Assembly (NCBI GenBank): GCA_044345405.1
Contig: JBIJBE010000011.1
Span: 21,212-85,211 of the forward strand
Direction: 5' to 3'
Source: Bdellovibrionota bacterium
GTDB taxonomy: Bacteria > Bdellovibrionota_C > UBA2361 > OMII01
DNA: 64,000 bases
The notes beneath the pieces were generated by a model. The model searched no databases and was not told the origin of the DNA. It saw nothing but the letters and a program-made list of their open reading frames with translations. Of this stretch, positions 40,801 through 50,680 are shown one piece after another (position 1 is the first letter of the stretch; every line of letters starts with the position of its first letter). The translations under genes and the position numbers were made by a program.

Positions 40801-41306
40801 TGATGTTCTTCGTTAACGAGGTCCTTCCGCTCGTCGTGGAGAAGATTCCTGATGTGGTTTTGAAAGTGATTGGAAGTAAGGTTCCACCTGAGATTGAGCA
40901 GCTTAGAGGACCTAATGTTGAGATCCTAGGATTCGTTCCTGACCTCGATCCTATCTGGTCTTCCATTCGAATCTCCGTTGCCCCGTTGCGTTTCGGGGCT
41001 GGAGTGAAGGGGAAGGTTTGTATGAGCCTTAGTTATGGTGTGCCAGTTGTTTGTACCCCGGTTGCCGCTGAGGGGATGGGGCTTCGAGATGGGCAAGAGG
41101 TGTTGATTGGAAGCTCTCCCCGTGAATTAGCGGATCAGGTGCTTCGTGTTTATCAAGACGAGCAGCTGTGGAAGGATCTTTCGACGAACGGGATGAGGCT
41201 TGTGGAGGAGGAGTTTTCCACAAACACTAACCGTAACCGTATCCTAGGATATCTTTCTGATCTGGGTTTTGGGCAAGTACTACGGAGGGATTCTAGCGCT
41301 GCATAG
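37818..41306 (+). CDS. Methyltransferase + GT2 + GT4 multidomain protein (possible chain terminator/polymerase)
   Basis: TGERF..EHLHRY, LDIACGEGYG, SFETIEH; two FDxxxY..HY..G repeats; IPVYN..DDCS..LNND; HTPNVDA, GAGVKGK. Confidence 0.9.
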   Translation: MSHKRFSVSFNPPNDAPHAEFTGERFLPYLSGELAWEHLHRYSCAVDVAEGLDVLDIACGEGYGSYMLSQVAKSVLGVDIDGPTVSAASAKYLSSNLRFTQGSCSAIPAPDSSVDLVVSFETIEHIAAQEGFLEEVLRVLRPDGMLLISSPERDAYQQTRGSSANEFHEKELSLSELDAQLKKRFANVQLSRQLPLFGSFVASFDGVSSSHQVRVMSLGDGTIECADVLTRGPYVIGLCSRSEVVKKLPASLFDPQLPSNLLSALEGGIRERDDQRRADSAQISELLGIIRLQTEQRRIRNDALARASVSQEKLTSSALASLIEVDEQAGASQSSPSCKQILRGLKKDLAAVSFLRHRPEFDVSYYSPRLQHFKGGRLLSIFHYQMVGWRMGRKPNAAFDTVWYNAFHKDVGRSYCSPLVHYLKHGVHEGRATSAEDEERRSREELAHRVQTLRTRLTQISGMPDGLDAICSDVVMLREAMSRDVETNSGMSPGEVLREISLINLDILKAQSLRAPYDDNPDISVVIPVYNQLRSTLACIRSLIQHHSTRAFEIIVVDDCSNDTTVAVCQCIPHIRLVTKERNSGFIDSCNRGAQVARGKQVVFLNNDTYVLPKWLDNLADTFESSPSIGLVGSQLLYPDGSLQEAGGIIWRNGQAWNYGRNQDASRGEFNYLRDVDFCSGASIMIDRDFFLTLGGFDSHYAPAYCEDVDLAFKVRERGLRVVYQPFSRLIHFEGVSSGTDVRVGVKSYQVANLQKLKVRWASALTQHALHGETLPEVARDFKVKGRVFFVDALTPTPDQDAGSIVADTWLRALVELGYHVTFFAYWNPGYIPHYTERLQRMGVHVLIPPSSLDLDSYVAQFGATYDLIIGLRHGSTRPVYDAFDKHGFKPKKVFLPIDLHYIRELRQSELTGSAGERERALETKQSELSVIGESAITLVHSSFELDDLAKESPSSDVRVSPIITDVMGCKASLEARKDICFVGGFQHTPNVDAVMFFVNEVLPLVVEKIPDVVLKVIGSKVPPEIEQLRGPNVEILGFVPDLDPIWSSIRISVAPLRFGAGVKGKVCMSLSYGVPVVCTPVAAEGMGLRDGQEVLIGSSPRELADQVLRVYQDEQLWKDLSTNGMRLVEEEFSTNTNRNRILGYLSDLGFGQVLRRDSSAA

Positions 41307-41395
41307 ACTTTTCTATGCAGCAGGAAGAAGTTGTCCCCTGTTTTTTGTCTTAATTTTTGGTTATTCGACATAATAATATCGGATTGAATTTGAGA

Positions 41396-42244
41396 TTAAG
41401 CGCTCAAAGCGTTAACTTTTTCTCTGCTGCCAAAAATACGAGGCACCGGAGATCTCGCAATGGCAGTATCTTGCACTACTCCTACGTCTACTAGCCCCTC
41501 TTGGCTAAGGATTTGTTCTAAGAGTTCTCCCATAGTTATTGGATACCCCGAGCAGACGTTGTAGGTCTCCCCTGGGGCTCCGTGTAGCAAAATTTGAAGA
41601 TAATCGGATGACGCCGCGTGCGCGGATATGTAGTCTCGCTCATCAGTTAAGGGGCCCACCCTAATTTCCGTTTGACGACCAGTCCGAATGTTTTCAATTT
41701 GTTCGTAGACCCTTCCCACAAATAAATGTGGCGGCAGTCCCGGAGCTAAGACGTTAAAGGTTCGAGCTAGCTTGACATTTAGTTTAAAGCGATTTGCGTA
41801 TAGGGGAACTAAAAGACTTTGCATCGCTTTGGTTGTGCCATATACAGAAACTGGTACCAGAGGCTCCGTTTCCCTGACGGCCCGTGAGGGGTTTTTGATC
41901 TGGCCATATTCAGCTGCGCTGCCAATCAATACTATGGACGACGTGGGTGCAACTTTTACAGCTGCTTCAAGGAGTGCTTGAGGTATTTCGACATTTGCTC
42001 GCAGACCCACGGCGAAATCTTGGCTGACAGAGCCAAGAAAGTTTATTATGTGGGTTGGCTTGTACGAGGATACGATCTCAAAAAGCTTTTCGTTCAAATC
42101 TGGTAATCTTCCGGACGAATAACTTGCTCCTTCTACGTCGGAGCGTTTCACATCGATGAACGTGGAGCTGGGATTACGGCTGGAGACAAACTCTTTGAAG
42201 TTTTTACCGCTGACACTATTTCCGCCGAGAATCATTATTTTCAT
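41396..42244 (-). CDS. NAD-dependent sugar 4-reductase/epimerase (Rmd-like)
   Basis: GGNSVSG, IGSAAEYG, YGTTK, RTFN, RDY, YNVCSG. Confidence 0.8.
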   Translation of the reverse strand: MKIMILGGNSVSGKNFKEFVSSRNPSSTFIDVKRSDVEGASYSSGRLPDLNEKLFEIVSSYKPTHIINFLGSVSQDFAVGLRANVEIPQALLEAAVKVAPTSSIVLIGSAAEYGQIKNPSRAVRETEPLVPVSVYGTTKAMQSLLVPLYANRFKLNVKLARTFNVLAPGLPPHLFVGRVYEQIENIRTGRQTEIRVGPLTDERDYISAHAASSDYLQILLHGAPGETYNVCSGYPITMGELLEQILSQEGLVDVGVVQDTAIARSPVPRIFGSREKVNALSA

Positions 42245-42948
42245 AGTTCGAGTATTCGAAACACTTCCTCGTGGTTTTCGTTACAGTAGTCGTAGTCCTC
42301 CGGACGACCGATATCTAACCAAAAACCTTCCCACAGGTAGCTTGTCGCTGGATTGTTGTTGGCTAAGCAATCGTACATTAAATTATCGAATCCATAGGGC
42401 GCCCCCGTCTTCAGAGGTTCGAGAATCGATCGGTTCAGGGCGTATACACCCATACTTACGATGTAGGAGTGAACTGGCTTCTCTCGGAATCCGATAATCC
42501 TTCCGTGGTCGTTCGTATCGATGACACCGTAGTCCGTTTTTTGACTACGGCGGAAAGTTGCTACGGTTACTTCCGAGGCACTTTTAGCATGGGTTTCGTA
42601 TAGACCCCTAAAGTCTAGATCGGTAAGTATATCGCCGTTCAGTACAAGGAATTTTTCAGGTAGGTCTTGTATTAACTTAAGTGGTCCGATTGTGCTGAGA
42701 GGTCTATCCTCCAGGGAATAGTCGATTTTCACCCCCCACCTATCTCCATTACCTATAAAACTCATAATCAGATTCGCCAAGTGATTGACAGCCATCGTGA
42801 TATGCGTCACGCCGGCGCGGACAAGTTGCTGGATAATGATTTCTATGACGGCCTTGTCGCCACCGATTGGCACGAGTGGCTTGGGAAGGAGGGTAGTGTA
42901 CGGGCGCAATCGAGTACCTCTTCCACCTGCTAGAATGACAGCTCGCAT
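42241..42948 (-). CDS. Sugar-1-phosphate nucleotidyltransferase
   Basis: ILAGGRGTRLRP..PKPL, NGDILTD, FREKP, WLDIGR. Confidence 0.92.
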   Translation of the reverse strand: MRAVILAGGRGTRLRPYTTLLPKPLVPIGGDKAVIEIIIQQLVRAGVTHITMAVNHLANLIMSFIGNGDRWGVKIDYSLEDRPLSTIGPLKLIQDLPEKFLVLNGDILTDLDFRGLYETHAKSASEVTVATFRRSQKTDYGVIDTNDHGRIIGFREKPVHSYIVSMGVYALNRSILEPLKTGAPYGFDNLMYDCLANNNPATSYLWEGFWLDIGRPEDYDYCNENHEEVFRILEL

Positions 42949-42959
42949 TTTCCCTCTTA

Positions 42960-43952
42960 TCAGAGATTGTAAATGTCAGGTTTGTAGCGATGAATATTAT
43001 TTTTAAACCACGCTATCGTTTGCTCAAGCCCTTCTTCGATGGTGGTTGTGGGAGTCCAATCGGTTAGCATCTTAAGCTTGTCATTTGAACCTAGTAAACG
43101 TTCCACCTCTGACATCTCAGGTCTCATGCGTTGTTCGTCTAGGGCAATTTGAGCGGTAGGTCTGATTAAAGAGATCAGCCTCTGCGCGATATCGCCGACG
43201 GAATGTTCCTGTTGAGTTGCAACATTGATAACCTGCCCTGTGCAATTTTCAGCCTCTGCGATGAGAGCAAATGCCTTGGCCGTGTCTTTTACAAATACGA
43301 GGTCTCGGGTAGGACGGAGGCTCCCTAGTTTAATGGTATCTTTACCATGAAGAAGCTGACTTATAATGGTCGGAATAAATGCTCGTGCAGATTGCCGGGG
43401 GCCATACGTGTTAAAAGGACGGACTATCGTCACTGGCAGTCCGAACGAGCGATAGAAAGATTCTGAAAGTTGGTCTGCCCCAATTTTTGTTGCGCTATAA
43501 GGGGACTGCCCTTGAAGCGGGTGTTCCTCAGAAATCGGCACGAAACGGGCCGTGCCGTAAACCTCTGACGTAGAGGTCACGAGCACTTTCTGTACCTCGG
43601 TGCCCTTCACCGCCTGAAGAACGTTCAGTGTTCCTCGAATGTTAGTGTCTACATAACTGTCGGGGGAATGATAGGAGAAAGGAATCGCTATTAGGGCCGC
43701 TAAATGGAAAACGACATCGGCTCCATGCATTAACGTTCTCATACCTCCTGGGTCTCGAACGTCCCCCGAGATCACCTCCACCGCATTCATAGTTTGAGGA
43801 GGTAGACTATCTAGCCATCCCCACGAGTTGAAGGAATTGTATTGCGCTAAGGCCTTAACTCGACACCCTGATTCGACCAGGTATTCCACAAGATGACTGC
43901 CAATGAATCCGTCGGCGCCAGTAATAACGACGTTCTTCCCTTTGAGTTTCAT
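42960..43952 (-). CDS. NAD-dependent NDP-sugar 4,6-dehydratase (LegB-like)
   Basis: TGADGFIGSHL, YNSFNSWGWL, AALIAIPFSY, STSEVYG, QSPYSATK, RPFNTYGPRQS. Confidence 0.9.
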   Translation of the reverse strand: MKLKGKNVVITGADGFIGSHLVEYLVESGCRVKALAQYNSFNSWGWLDSLPPQTMNAVEVISGDVRDPGGMRTLMHGADVVFHLAALIAIPFSYHSPDSYVDTNIRGTLNVLQAVKGTEVQKVLVTSTSEVYGTARFVPISEEHPLQGQSPYSATKIGADQLSESFYRSFGLPVTIVRPFNTYGPRQSARAFIPTIISQLLHGKDTIKLGSLRPTRDLVFVKDTAKAFALIAEAENCTGQVINVATQQEHSVGDIAQRLISLIRPTAQIALDEQRMRPEMSEVERLLGSNDKLKMLTDWTPTTTIEEGLEQTIAWFKNNIHRYKPDIYNL

Positions 43953-44095
43953 TTGCTCTCGAACTTTCAAATATTCGTTAGAGGTTATTTCACGAATGAG
44001 TTGTCAGCGTCACCGGTACTTGCATTGGATGCGCTGGGGGCTATATTTGCACAGCTGATAAGTCATAACAACATAGTCCTAAACTGGTAATATTA

Positions 44096-44935
44096 ATGGT
44101 AAACCGCTGCAGAAACTGTAATCAAGAAAGTAGCTTTTCAAGCCTTTACAACGAGGGCCATCTTTTGCAATGCGCCAATTGCGCAGCCTTTCAGTTTGAG
44201 GGGCCTCTCGGCAACCTAGCTGATTTATACAATCAAGAGTACTACACCGGGGCTGAGTACATCAATTACGAGTTGGCTTCCACGGTCTATAGGCGAAACT
44301 TCGAACGGAAGCTGGCCATTATGAAGAGCCATCTTGTAGAACTCCCGTATGAGAAGATGAGAGTTCTCGAAATTGGTTCTGCGACGGGAGATTTTTTGGA
44401 AGTGCTTCGGGATCGCGGAGTTGGGCAAATGTACGGGGTTGAGGCTTCGGCTTTTGCTCGGGCAAAAGCAGTAGAGCGTGGTTTTAAGGTGTTGGATCCC
44501 TTTTCGGATGAATACCAAGAAAAAGTGGAGGAACTCAGTCCTAATGTCGTCTGCGCTTGGGATGTCTGGGAGCACCTGGAATATCCTGCTAATGTTTTTG
44601 GTGACTTGCTCCTAAAAAATCCAAGTGTGGAGCTTGTTGTCCTTTCTACGGTCGATAGCGGAGCAATTCTTCCGAGGATCAGGGGTAAATCTTGGCGGCA
44701 ATTTCATCCTCCTACTCACGTCAATTATCCTACTAAGAAAAGTTTCGAGCTTTTTTTTAAGGATTCTAAGTTCCGTGTCGTCGAAAATATTGCATTCGGA
44801 TATTCCAGGCCTCTCGCCGATTATTTGTCAATTTTTATATCGCCTCGGCATTTGAATAAGGTTCCTTTGCTCTTTAAGATTCCCCTCTATTTAAACCTCT
44901 TCGACATTCAATTGGTTGTCGCTAAACGTGCTTAG
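44096..44935 (+). CDS. Class I SAM methyltransferase with N-terminal CxxC pairs
   Basis: CRNC..CANC, VLEIGSATG, WDVWEHL, PPTH. Confidence 0.85.
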   Translation: MVNRCRNCNQESSFSSLYNEGHLLQCANCAAFQFEGPLGNLADLYNQEYYTGAEYINYELASTVYRRNFERKLAIMKSHLVELPYEKMRVLEIGSATGDFLEVLRDRGVGQMYGVEASAFARAKAVERGFKVLDPFSDEYQEKVEELSPNVVCAWDVWEHLEYPANVFGDLLLKNPSVELVVLSTVDSGAILPRIRGKSWRQFHPPTHVNYPTKKSFELFFKDSKFRVVENIAFGYSRPLADYLSIFISPRHLNKVPLLFKIPLYLNLFDIQLVVAKRA

Positions 44936-47599
44936 GTGTTCATGGGTTTTAGGGGGCGAAGTAACGCAGGGCTGCAACCGTCGGAATCGACGGCGCGGCT
45001 GCTTCATCTTGATGGAATGCGAGGGCTCGCCGCCCTATATGTTGTGCTACATCATGCCTACATGGAGGTTCGCCCAAAAGTAATAGACTCGTTGGGAATC
45101 TCCACAAAATATCTCACTGATTGGCTGGGATATGGCCACGTTGGGGTTGGGGTCTTTATAGTTCTGTCTGGATATTCCCTCATGCTAACAGCGGATTCAA
45201 CCTTGCACGTGCGAGGTGGCTTTCTCGCGTTCGCTCGCCGAAGAGCGCGTAGAATTCTTCCGGCGTATTTTGGAGCTGTTATTGCGTCATTGGCAGTAGT
45301 AGGGATTCTTCCCCACATGAACGAATTTCGAAACGCAAGGTGGGACTATGCTCTTCCGGCAGATTCGATGGGAGCCGTATTTTCGCATGTTTTTTTAGTT
45401 CACAATCTATTCGATGCTTGGAGATATAAAATCAATCCGCCACTTTGGAGCGTTGGGCTCGAATGGCAATTGTATTTTGCGCTTCCTCTAGTCATCCTTC
45501 CTGTTTGGCGCAAATTAGGGGTCTTGGGGGTTGTTTTTAGCAGCTTCTTAGTCGGGTTCGGCTCTCATTGGATACTCGAGCTTAAAAGTGAAAACTATTT
45601 TTGGTATATTTTCCTTTTCGTATTGGGCGCTGTCGCAGGTAGAGAGAGCCAATTCCCCACTCGCTCTTCTGCTTTCCAAGGCTTGAGTGGAATCGTTTTT
45701 TTTGTGACGGGCATTCCTCTTTTGTTAATTTTCTTAACATCTCCCTTTGTACCGATATGGAGATGGCTATGGGAACACGAATACTGCCTGGATTTTCTGA
45801 TTGGTGTTGTGGTTTCCTCATATCTTCTTCGGGAGTCACATTTCTGGCAGGCCTCTCCCACACGGACGAGCTCAATCGGACGAATCCTCAGTTCTCCAGT
45901 TTTCGTTGTCGTGGGTACCTTTTCCTATTCCCTCTACCTAACGCATTATCCGGTGCTTTCATTATTGTACCTTTATCTTGAGGGCATGCAATTCTCGCCC
46001 GTTTGTCTCCTTTTCTATGAGCTGGTAATAGGAGCTGTTGTCTGTTTATCATTCGCATATATTTTCTATATAGTTGTCGAAATGCCATTTTCTCACTCCC
46101 GAGTGCAGCTATCTCGAAAGTTTCCTTTGGTGCTTGCCGGTTCTGTCGTCGGCGCGTTTGTTGCTTTTGGGTTCCGAAGTGAGAGTCGTATTGCCGAGCG
46201 CCCCTTTTATCCGTCTTCTCCTCAGTTACCGCCGTCAGCGTTCAATGTGCGATTGATTGAAGGGGACGAAAATCCAGTATTAAGTACAGGAGATCCTGGA
46301 TCCTGGGAATCCGTTGATGTGCTGAATCCGTCTGTAGTCGATTGGAAGGGCAAGCTTTAGAATTACTACTCAGGCTTCGATGGGGCCGTGTGGAGAACGG
46401 GGTTGGCTACCTCACTTGATGGCAAGAGTTGGGTTAAACACCCGGGGAACCCTGTGCTTGAACCTGGAAGTAGTGGATGGGATGCACGCTACATAGCAGC
46501 GAATGGTGCAGCGGTCGTAGTTGATGACCAGATGTACTATTACTATGCAGGCCAATCTACTCGTGGCATTACTTCGATAGGACTTGCAGTATCTAGAGAT
46601 GGTTACAAGCTCGCCAAGTCTCAGTCGCCAGTGTTAGGCCCAGGATTAGAAGGGGAGTGGGACGAGCACTCGGTTTCGGACCCTTACGTACTAAGGGATG
46701 GTAAGTCTTTGTACATGTACTTTCTGGGGATGAATCGGGTCGGAGTACAAAAGTTAGGAGTGGCGAAATCTTTGGACGGAGTTAAGTGGATCAAACATCC
46801 CGGCAATCCCATTTTGGATGTCGGGCGAATCGGCGACTTCGATGTTCAAGGATTGGGGGAACCGAGTGTCATTAAATTAGGACACTACTACTTGATGGCG
46901 TATACTGGACGAGGTCTCTCTGAAGAGCGAACTCTCGGTTTTGCTGTTAGTTTCGATGGCGTGAATTGGCGCAAGTTAGATTCCCATTTGGCATCACTTT
47001 CATCACTGAGGACCGGTTGGAAATCAAAAGTCCTATGCGATTCTACCTTTCTTCAAGGGGCGAAAGCGAGCGTGGTTCGGGTATGGTATGGCGGTGGACG
47101 AAAGGCCGACCCGGCGGAAAATATCGACGGGAAATTGGGATATTTTGAAGTGGAGGTTCCCCCTTGGGCCTGGCAACGGTTCGTTTGCTCAGACAAACAT
47201 GTTTTCGGAGATTTGCCATCGACGCAGGTGCTTCGCGGCTCTTACCCAGCAGAAGAGGATGGCACCTGTTGGATAGCTAAAGAGGCGTCCATATACCTTG
47301 ATAGGAAGCAAGAGCGATTCATTCATCTCATAGCTTATGTACCTCATGGACTGCTCACAAAAAGAGAAAAAAGTGTTGAGGTCAGATTAACATTCCTGAC
47401 AGACAACAAAGAGGTCGGGGCAATTGGCATCACAGAGGACGGCTTGGTGGACACCACGGTTGAGTTGCCTGATACGATATCGCCAGGCCCCCTCGAATTT
47501 AAAATACGGGTGTCTCATGTTTTTACACCCGCTTCAGATGGAAATCAGTTGGACCGACGAGAACTTGGGATCATCATCAAGAGCTTAGAATTGGAGTAG
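44936..47599 (+). pseudogene. Acyltransferase-3 + beta-propeller glycosidase-like fusion interrupted by one in-frame TAG at 46358-46360 (track ORFs 44936-46360 and 46388-47599)
   Basis: LDGMRGLAALYVVLHH, FIVLSG, RRARRILP, WSVGLEWQLY, SYSLYLTH; then NPSVVDWKGKL*NYYSGFDGAVWRTGLATS continues in frame with repeated W.K...NPVL propeller blades. Confidence 0.75.
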
Positions 47600-47651
47600 T
47601 AGGCGGCCCATCGTTGGGATGGCAGATATTGTATGAAGCCCCCAATTTGGT

Positions 47652-49733
47652 TTACTGAAGTAGTTTTCTTAGTCTCGGGGCAAATATGAACAATAGAAAT
47701 ATAGATAACCCGAGGCTGGGAAAGATAAAAAGGCTCAGGAGCCATCTTGGCCGATAAGATGCTTCCACTATATGTTCACCTCGCGGAAGTCTCACCGAGT
47801 GACGAATAACATTTATACCGTCTGATTTTACGGGCTTGCCGTTTACTTGAAAGCTCCAATTTTTTGAGTACAAGGTGTCTGGTGCAAGAAGACCGGGGTG
47901 TTCTAGCCTGACACGGTACCTACGGTAGTTAGCGTTGCTTACCTCTGTCTGAACGGCTGCCGGATTTTGCGGCCAGTCAAGGAGCTGCTGAGTCTTTGCA
48001 GTGTCGCTCGCTACCGGAAGGAGGGCACCGTCCTCTGAGGTTAGAATGAAGGGGTTTTTCTTTTTGGTGATGCTCTCGAAAACAGTCGGATATCTGATGC
48101 CTTTGAGCTCGCGCACTTGATACGGGTACGATTCGAAAGTTCCCGACACCGAATCTGGTGATGCGGGCGGGCAGTTAGAACAGATAAAGTGTGTTATCCC
48201 AGCAAGTCGTAGCACATGCTCCAAATTTGGAGTTAGGTCAAGGACGCGCCGATGGCTACTAAACCGTTGTGGATTGAAGTAGCCGTCTACACTGCTGACA
48301 TCGCCGCGAAAATACAGGGCATTCATTCCAAAAAAGCCAGATGGGAGGGCGGTCTCATGGGCTTTAAAAAGGACTTTTTGTTGAGAAGAGTGGAGGTTTT
48401 CTATAAGCTTATTCGCCGCTTGATTCTGGGGAGTCTGTAGGTCTGTCTGATCTATTCGCGGATGTGCGTCATAAAGGGGATGCATTTGCGAATAATGAAA
48501 CACTATCGCCGTCAGTAAAAAAACTCCAAATGCCCATCTTGGTATTTTTTCTTTGATTAGGGAGGCTCCGATTGCTGTAAGCGTTGAGGCCGCAATAGTG
48601 AAAAGAACGAGATGTCTGCTGGGTTCCCTAATCTTATTTATCAGGGGAATTTGATAATTTAGATATGCAAGCCCGGAGTGCGTGCCGAACGAGGATAGCA
48701 ATCCATATAAGGCTAACAGACCGAAACTTAAGGCCAACGGACGTGATGACTTTCGGAATAGACTTAGAAGTGCAAGAAGCGCGGGGACCAGCCCAATCAT
48801 ACTTCCACCTACGAGGCTGGTTCTTGGTCCATCGACAAAAATTCGGGTCCATTCCGAAAGCGGTGCTTCGTCTAGAAGAAATGCTTCAAAGGAAAGTGGA
48901 GCGTTGCCAATTACCGAGCCATGGGGGCCGAGCCAGCGAATCATGTCCTTCATCTCCAGTCCCGTTGGAGCTATTACGGGCGTGCACATGAGAACTGTCG
49001 TAACGAGGGCAAGGCCGCACGCAAACATTGCAGAGATTCCACACCGTTTCTTTTGGACGAAGAATTGGTAACCCCAGTACGCTGCCATGGCAGCCGCCAG
49101 AGCTAATGCGTGAATCAACGGTTGCGAAGGGGAAGCCAGAATTATGAGTGATAGGGAGGCGGTCGTGAGGATATATCCCTGTAATCCGCTTCCCCTATTA
49201 ATCTGGATAAGTCCAAGAATAAAAAGTGGCAGCCACGCATATGGTGAAGTTATGTTGATCCAAATAGCGTAAATCTTCGTGTTCATGCATGAGCAGAACG
49301 TAACGGCTGCAAGTACCGCAGCCCAGGGAGAGATCCCTAAAACTCGAGACAAAAGGTACAGATTAAGAGAGCCGATGAAGATATGAATGAGGGTGAATGC
49401 GTTAAGTGCTAAGGCTGCAGATATTGGGTCTCCCATTTCGAGGAAATGAAATGGATACAAAGGATAGTATACGGAGAATTGTGCCGAGTTGTATAACTCT
49501 ATTCCTACTAGGGAGGAGTCAATTTGAATAGGCCATTGGCCTTGTTGAAGTATATGAGCAATTCGGGAGAATACCGGAGCTAAGAGGAAAGTATTATCGT
49601 CTAGAAACGCAAATACCTTGTCTCCAAAAATAAATTCCCGAAAGAAGAAGGTGAAATATAGAGTAAATACCAGAACGGGTAAGATATCCTTGCCCCTGGA
49701 GAGCTGCGCTCTGATTAACCTTGAGTCCCTCAT
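47652..49733 (-). CDS. YfhO-like GT-C membrane protein
   Basis: FLDDN loop, YYPL, WLP, KIREPSR; C-terminal DTLYSKNW..V.G..LPRGEHIVEASYRP plus a TM. Confidence 0.75.
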   Translation of the reverse strand: MRDSRLIRAQLSRGKDILPVLVFTLYFTFFFREFIFGDKVFAFLDDNTFLLAPVFSRIAHILQQGQWPIQIDSSLVGIELYNSAQFSVYYPLYPFHFLEMGDPISAALALNAFTLIHIFIGSLNLYLLSRVLGISPWAAVLAAVTFCSCMNTKIYAIWINITSPYAWLPLFILGLIQINRGSGLQGYILTTASLSLIILASPSQPLIHALALAAAMAAYWGYQFFVQKKRCGISAMFACGLALVTTVLMCTPVIAPTGLEMKDMIRWLGPHGSVIGNAPLSFEAFLLDEAPLSEWTRIFVDGPRTSLVGGSMIGLVPALLALLSLFRKSSRPLALSFGLLALYGLLSSFGTHSGLAYLNYQIPLINKIREPSRHLVLFTIAASTLTAIGASLIKEKIPRWAFGVFLLTAIVFHYSQMHPLYDAHPRIDQTDLQTPQNQAANKLIENLHSSQQKVLFKAHETALPSGFFGMNALYFRGDVSSVDGYFNPQRFSSHRRVLDLTPNLEHVLRLAGITHFICSNCPPASPDSVSGTFESYPYQVRELKGIRYPTVFESITKKKNPFILTSEDGALLPVASDTAKTQQLLDWPQNPAAVQTEVSNANYRRYRVRLEHPGLLAPDTLYSKNWSFQVNGKPVKSDGINVIRHSVRLPRGEHIVEASYRPRWLLSLFIFPSLGLSIFLLFIFAPRLRKLLQ

Positions 49734-50680
49734 AGGTTGTGCTTCTCATCGATGATATAACGAGGTCGTGCCTTCACTTCTTCAAAAATGAACCCTAGGT
49801 ACTCACCTATGACCCCAAGAAACAACAACTGAACACCACTAAAGAGTGATAGCATAGTAGCTAGAGTGGTCCAGCCGGAGGGGAGCTTGTCGTGAAGCAG
49901 CCAACTCGCGACGATCCAGATCGTTAAAATAAACGCAAGCGAGGAGAAGAAAAAGCCAAGGTACATAGCTATCTTTAGAGGCTTGTTAGAGAACGATACG
50001 ATGCCGGTTGTTGCAAATTGAAGTAATCGTCGCATGGAGTACTTTGATTTCCCGCCGACTCGTTTCTGGACCTCAAATTCAAGAAAGGCGCACTTAAAAC
50101 CGAGCCACATGATCATGCCGCGCAGAAACATGCTTCGCTCGCGAATGTCCCTTCGAAGAACAGTCACCACTTTCCGGCTAATTAGACGAAAATCAGCGCC
50201 AGATGGGGCTATATCAACTTCCGTTAGTTTGTTAATAAGGGAGTAAAACAATACCGATAGTGCCTTCCGCGCTGGATGCGTGACGTTGTCGATTCTGATC
50301 GTTTGCACGATGTCATTCCCCTGTTCGGCAAGCGTGAGCAATTGCGGAATCAGGCCAGGCGGATGTTGCAGGTCCGAATCCATCATGATGCAGAAGTCTG
50401 CTTCACAATGGTCGATGCCAGCGATCAATGAATTTTGGTGTCCGAAACGTTTTGAAAGAAAAATAGCTGAAATGTGCGGGTTGGTCTTGCAGATATCGGC
50501 GACTATTTCTTCTGTGCCGTCACTTGATCGGTCCACGACTAGAAGTAGTGTTCCCTTGTAGGTCGCTTTAAGTTCGGCAAATAGCGCCGTGACCGCGGCT
50601 GTGAACTGACGAATTACTTGTTTTTCGTTATAAACGGGGGCAACTATCGTGAATGTTCTGCGTTGCAACTCATTCGTCAT
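49730..50680 (-). CDS. GtrB/CsbB-like undecaprenyl-phosphate glycosyltransferase (GT2 + 2 TM)
   Basis: APVYNE, KRFGHQ, MDSDLQHPP, ADFRL, GEYLG..EVKARPRY; AAGGAGG RBS. Confidence 0.92.
   Translation of the reverse strand: MTNELQRRTFTIVAPVYNEKQVIRQFTAAVTALFAELKATYKGTLLLVVDRSSDGTEEIVADICKTNPHISAIFLSKRFGHQNSLIAGIDHCEADFCIMMDSDLQHPPGLIPQLLTLAEQGNDIVQTIRIDNVTHPARKALSVLFYSLINKLTEVDIAPSGADFRLISRKVVTVLRRDIRERSMFLRGMIMWLGFKCAFLEFEVQKRVGGKSKYSMRRLLQFATTGIVSFSNKPLKIAMYLGFFFSSLAFILTIWIVASWLLHDKLPSGWTTLATMLSLFSGVQLLFLGVIGEYLGFIFEEVKARPRYIIDEKHNL

Noticed and set aside
46358-46360. Genome-wide TAG recoding or pyrrolysine
   Set aside because: TAG ends conserved genes at their canonical C-termini, and no pyl genes or suppressor tRNA were seen.
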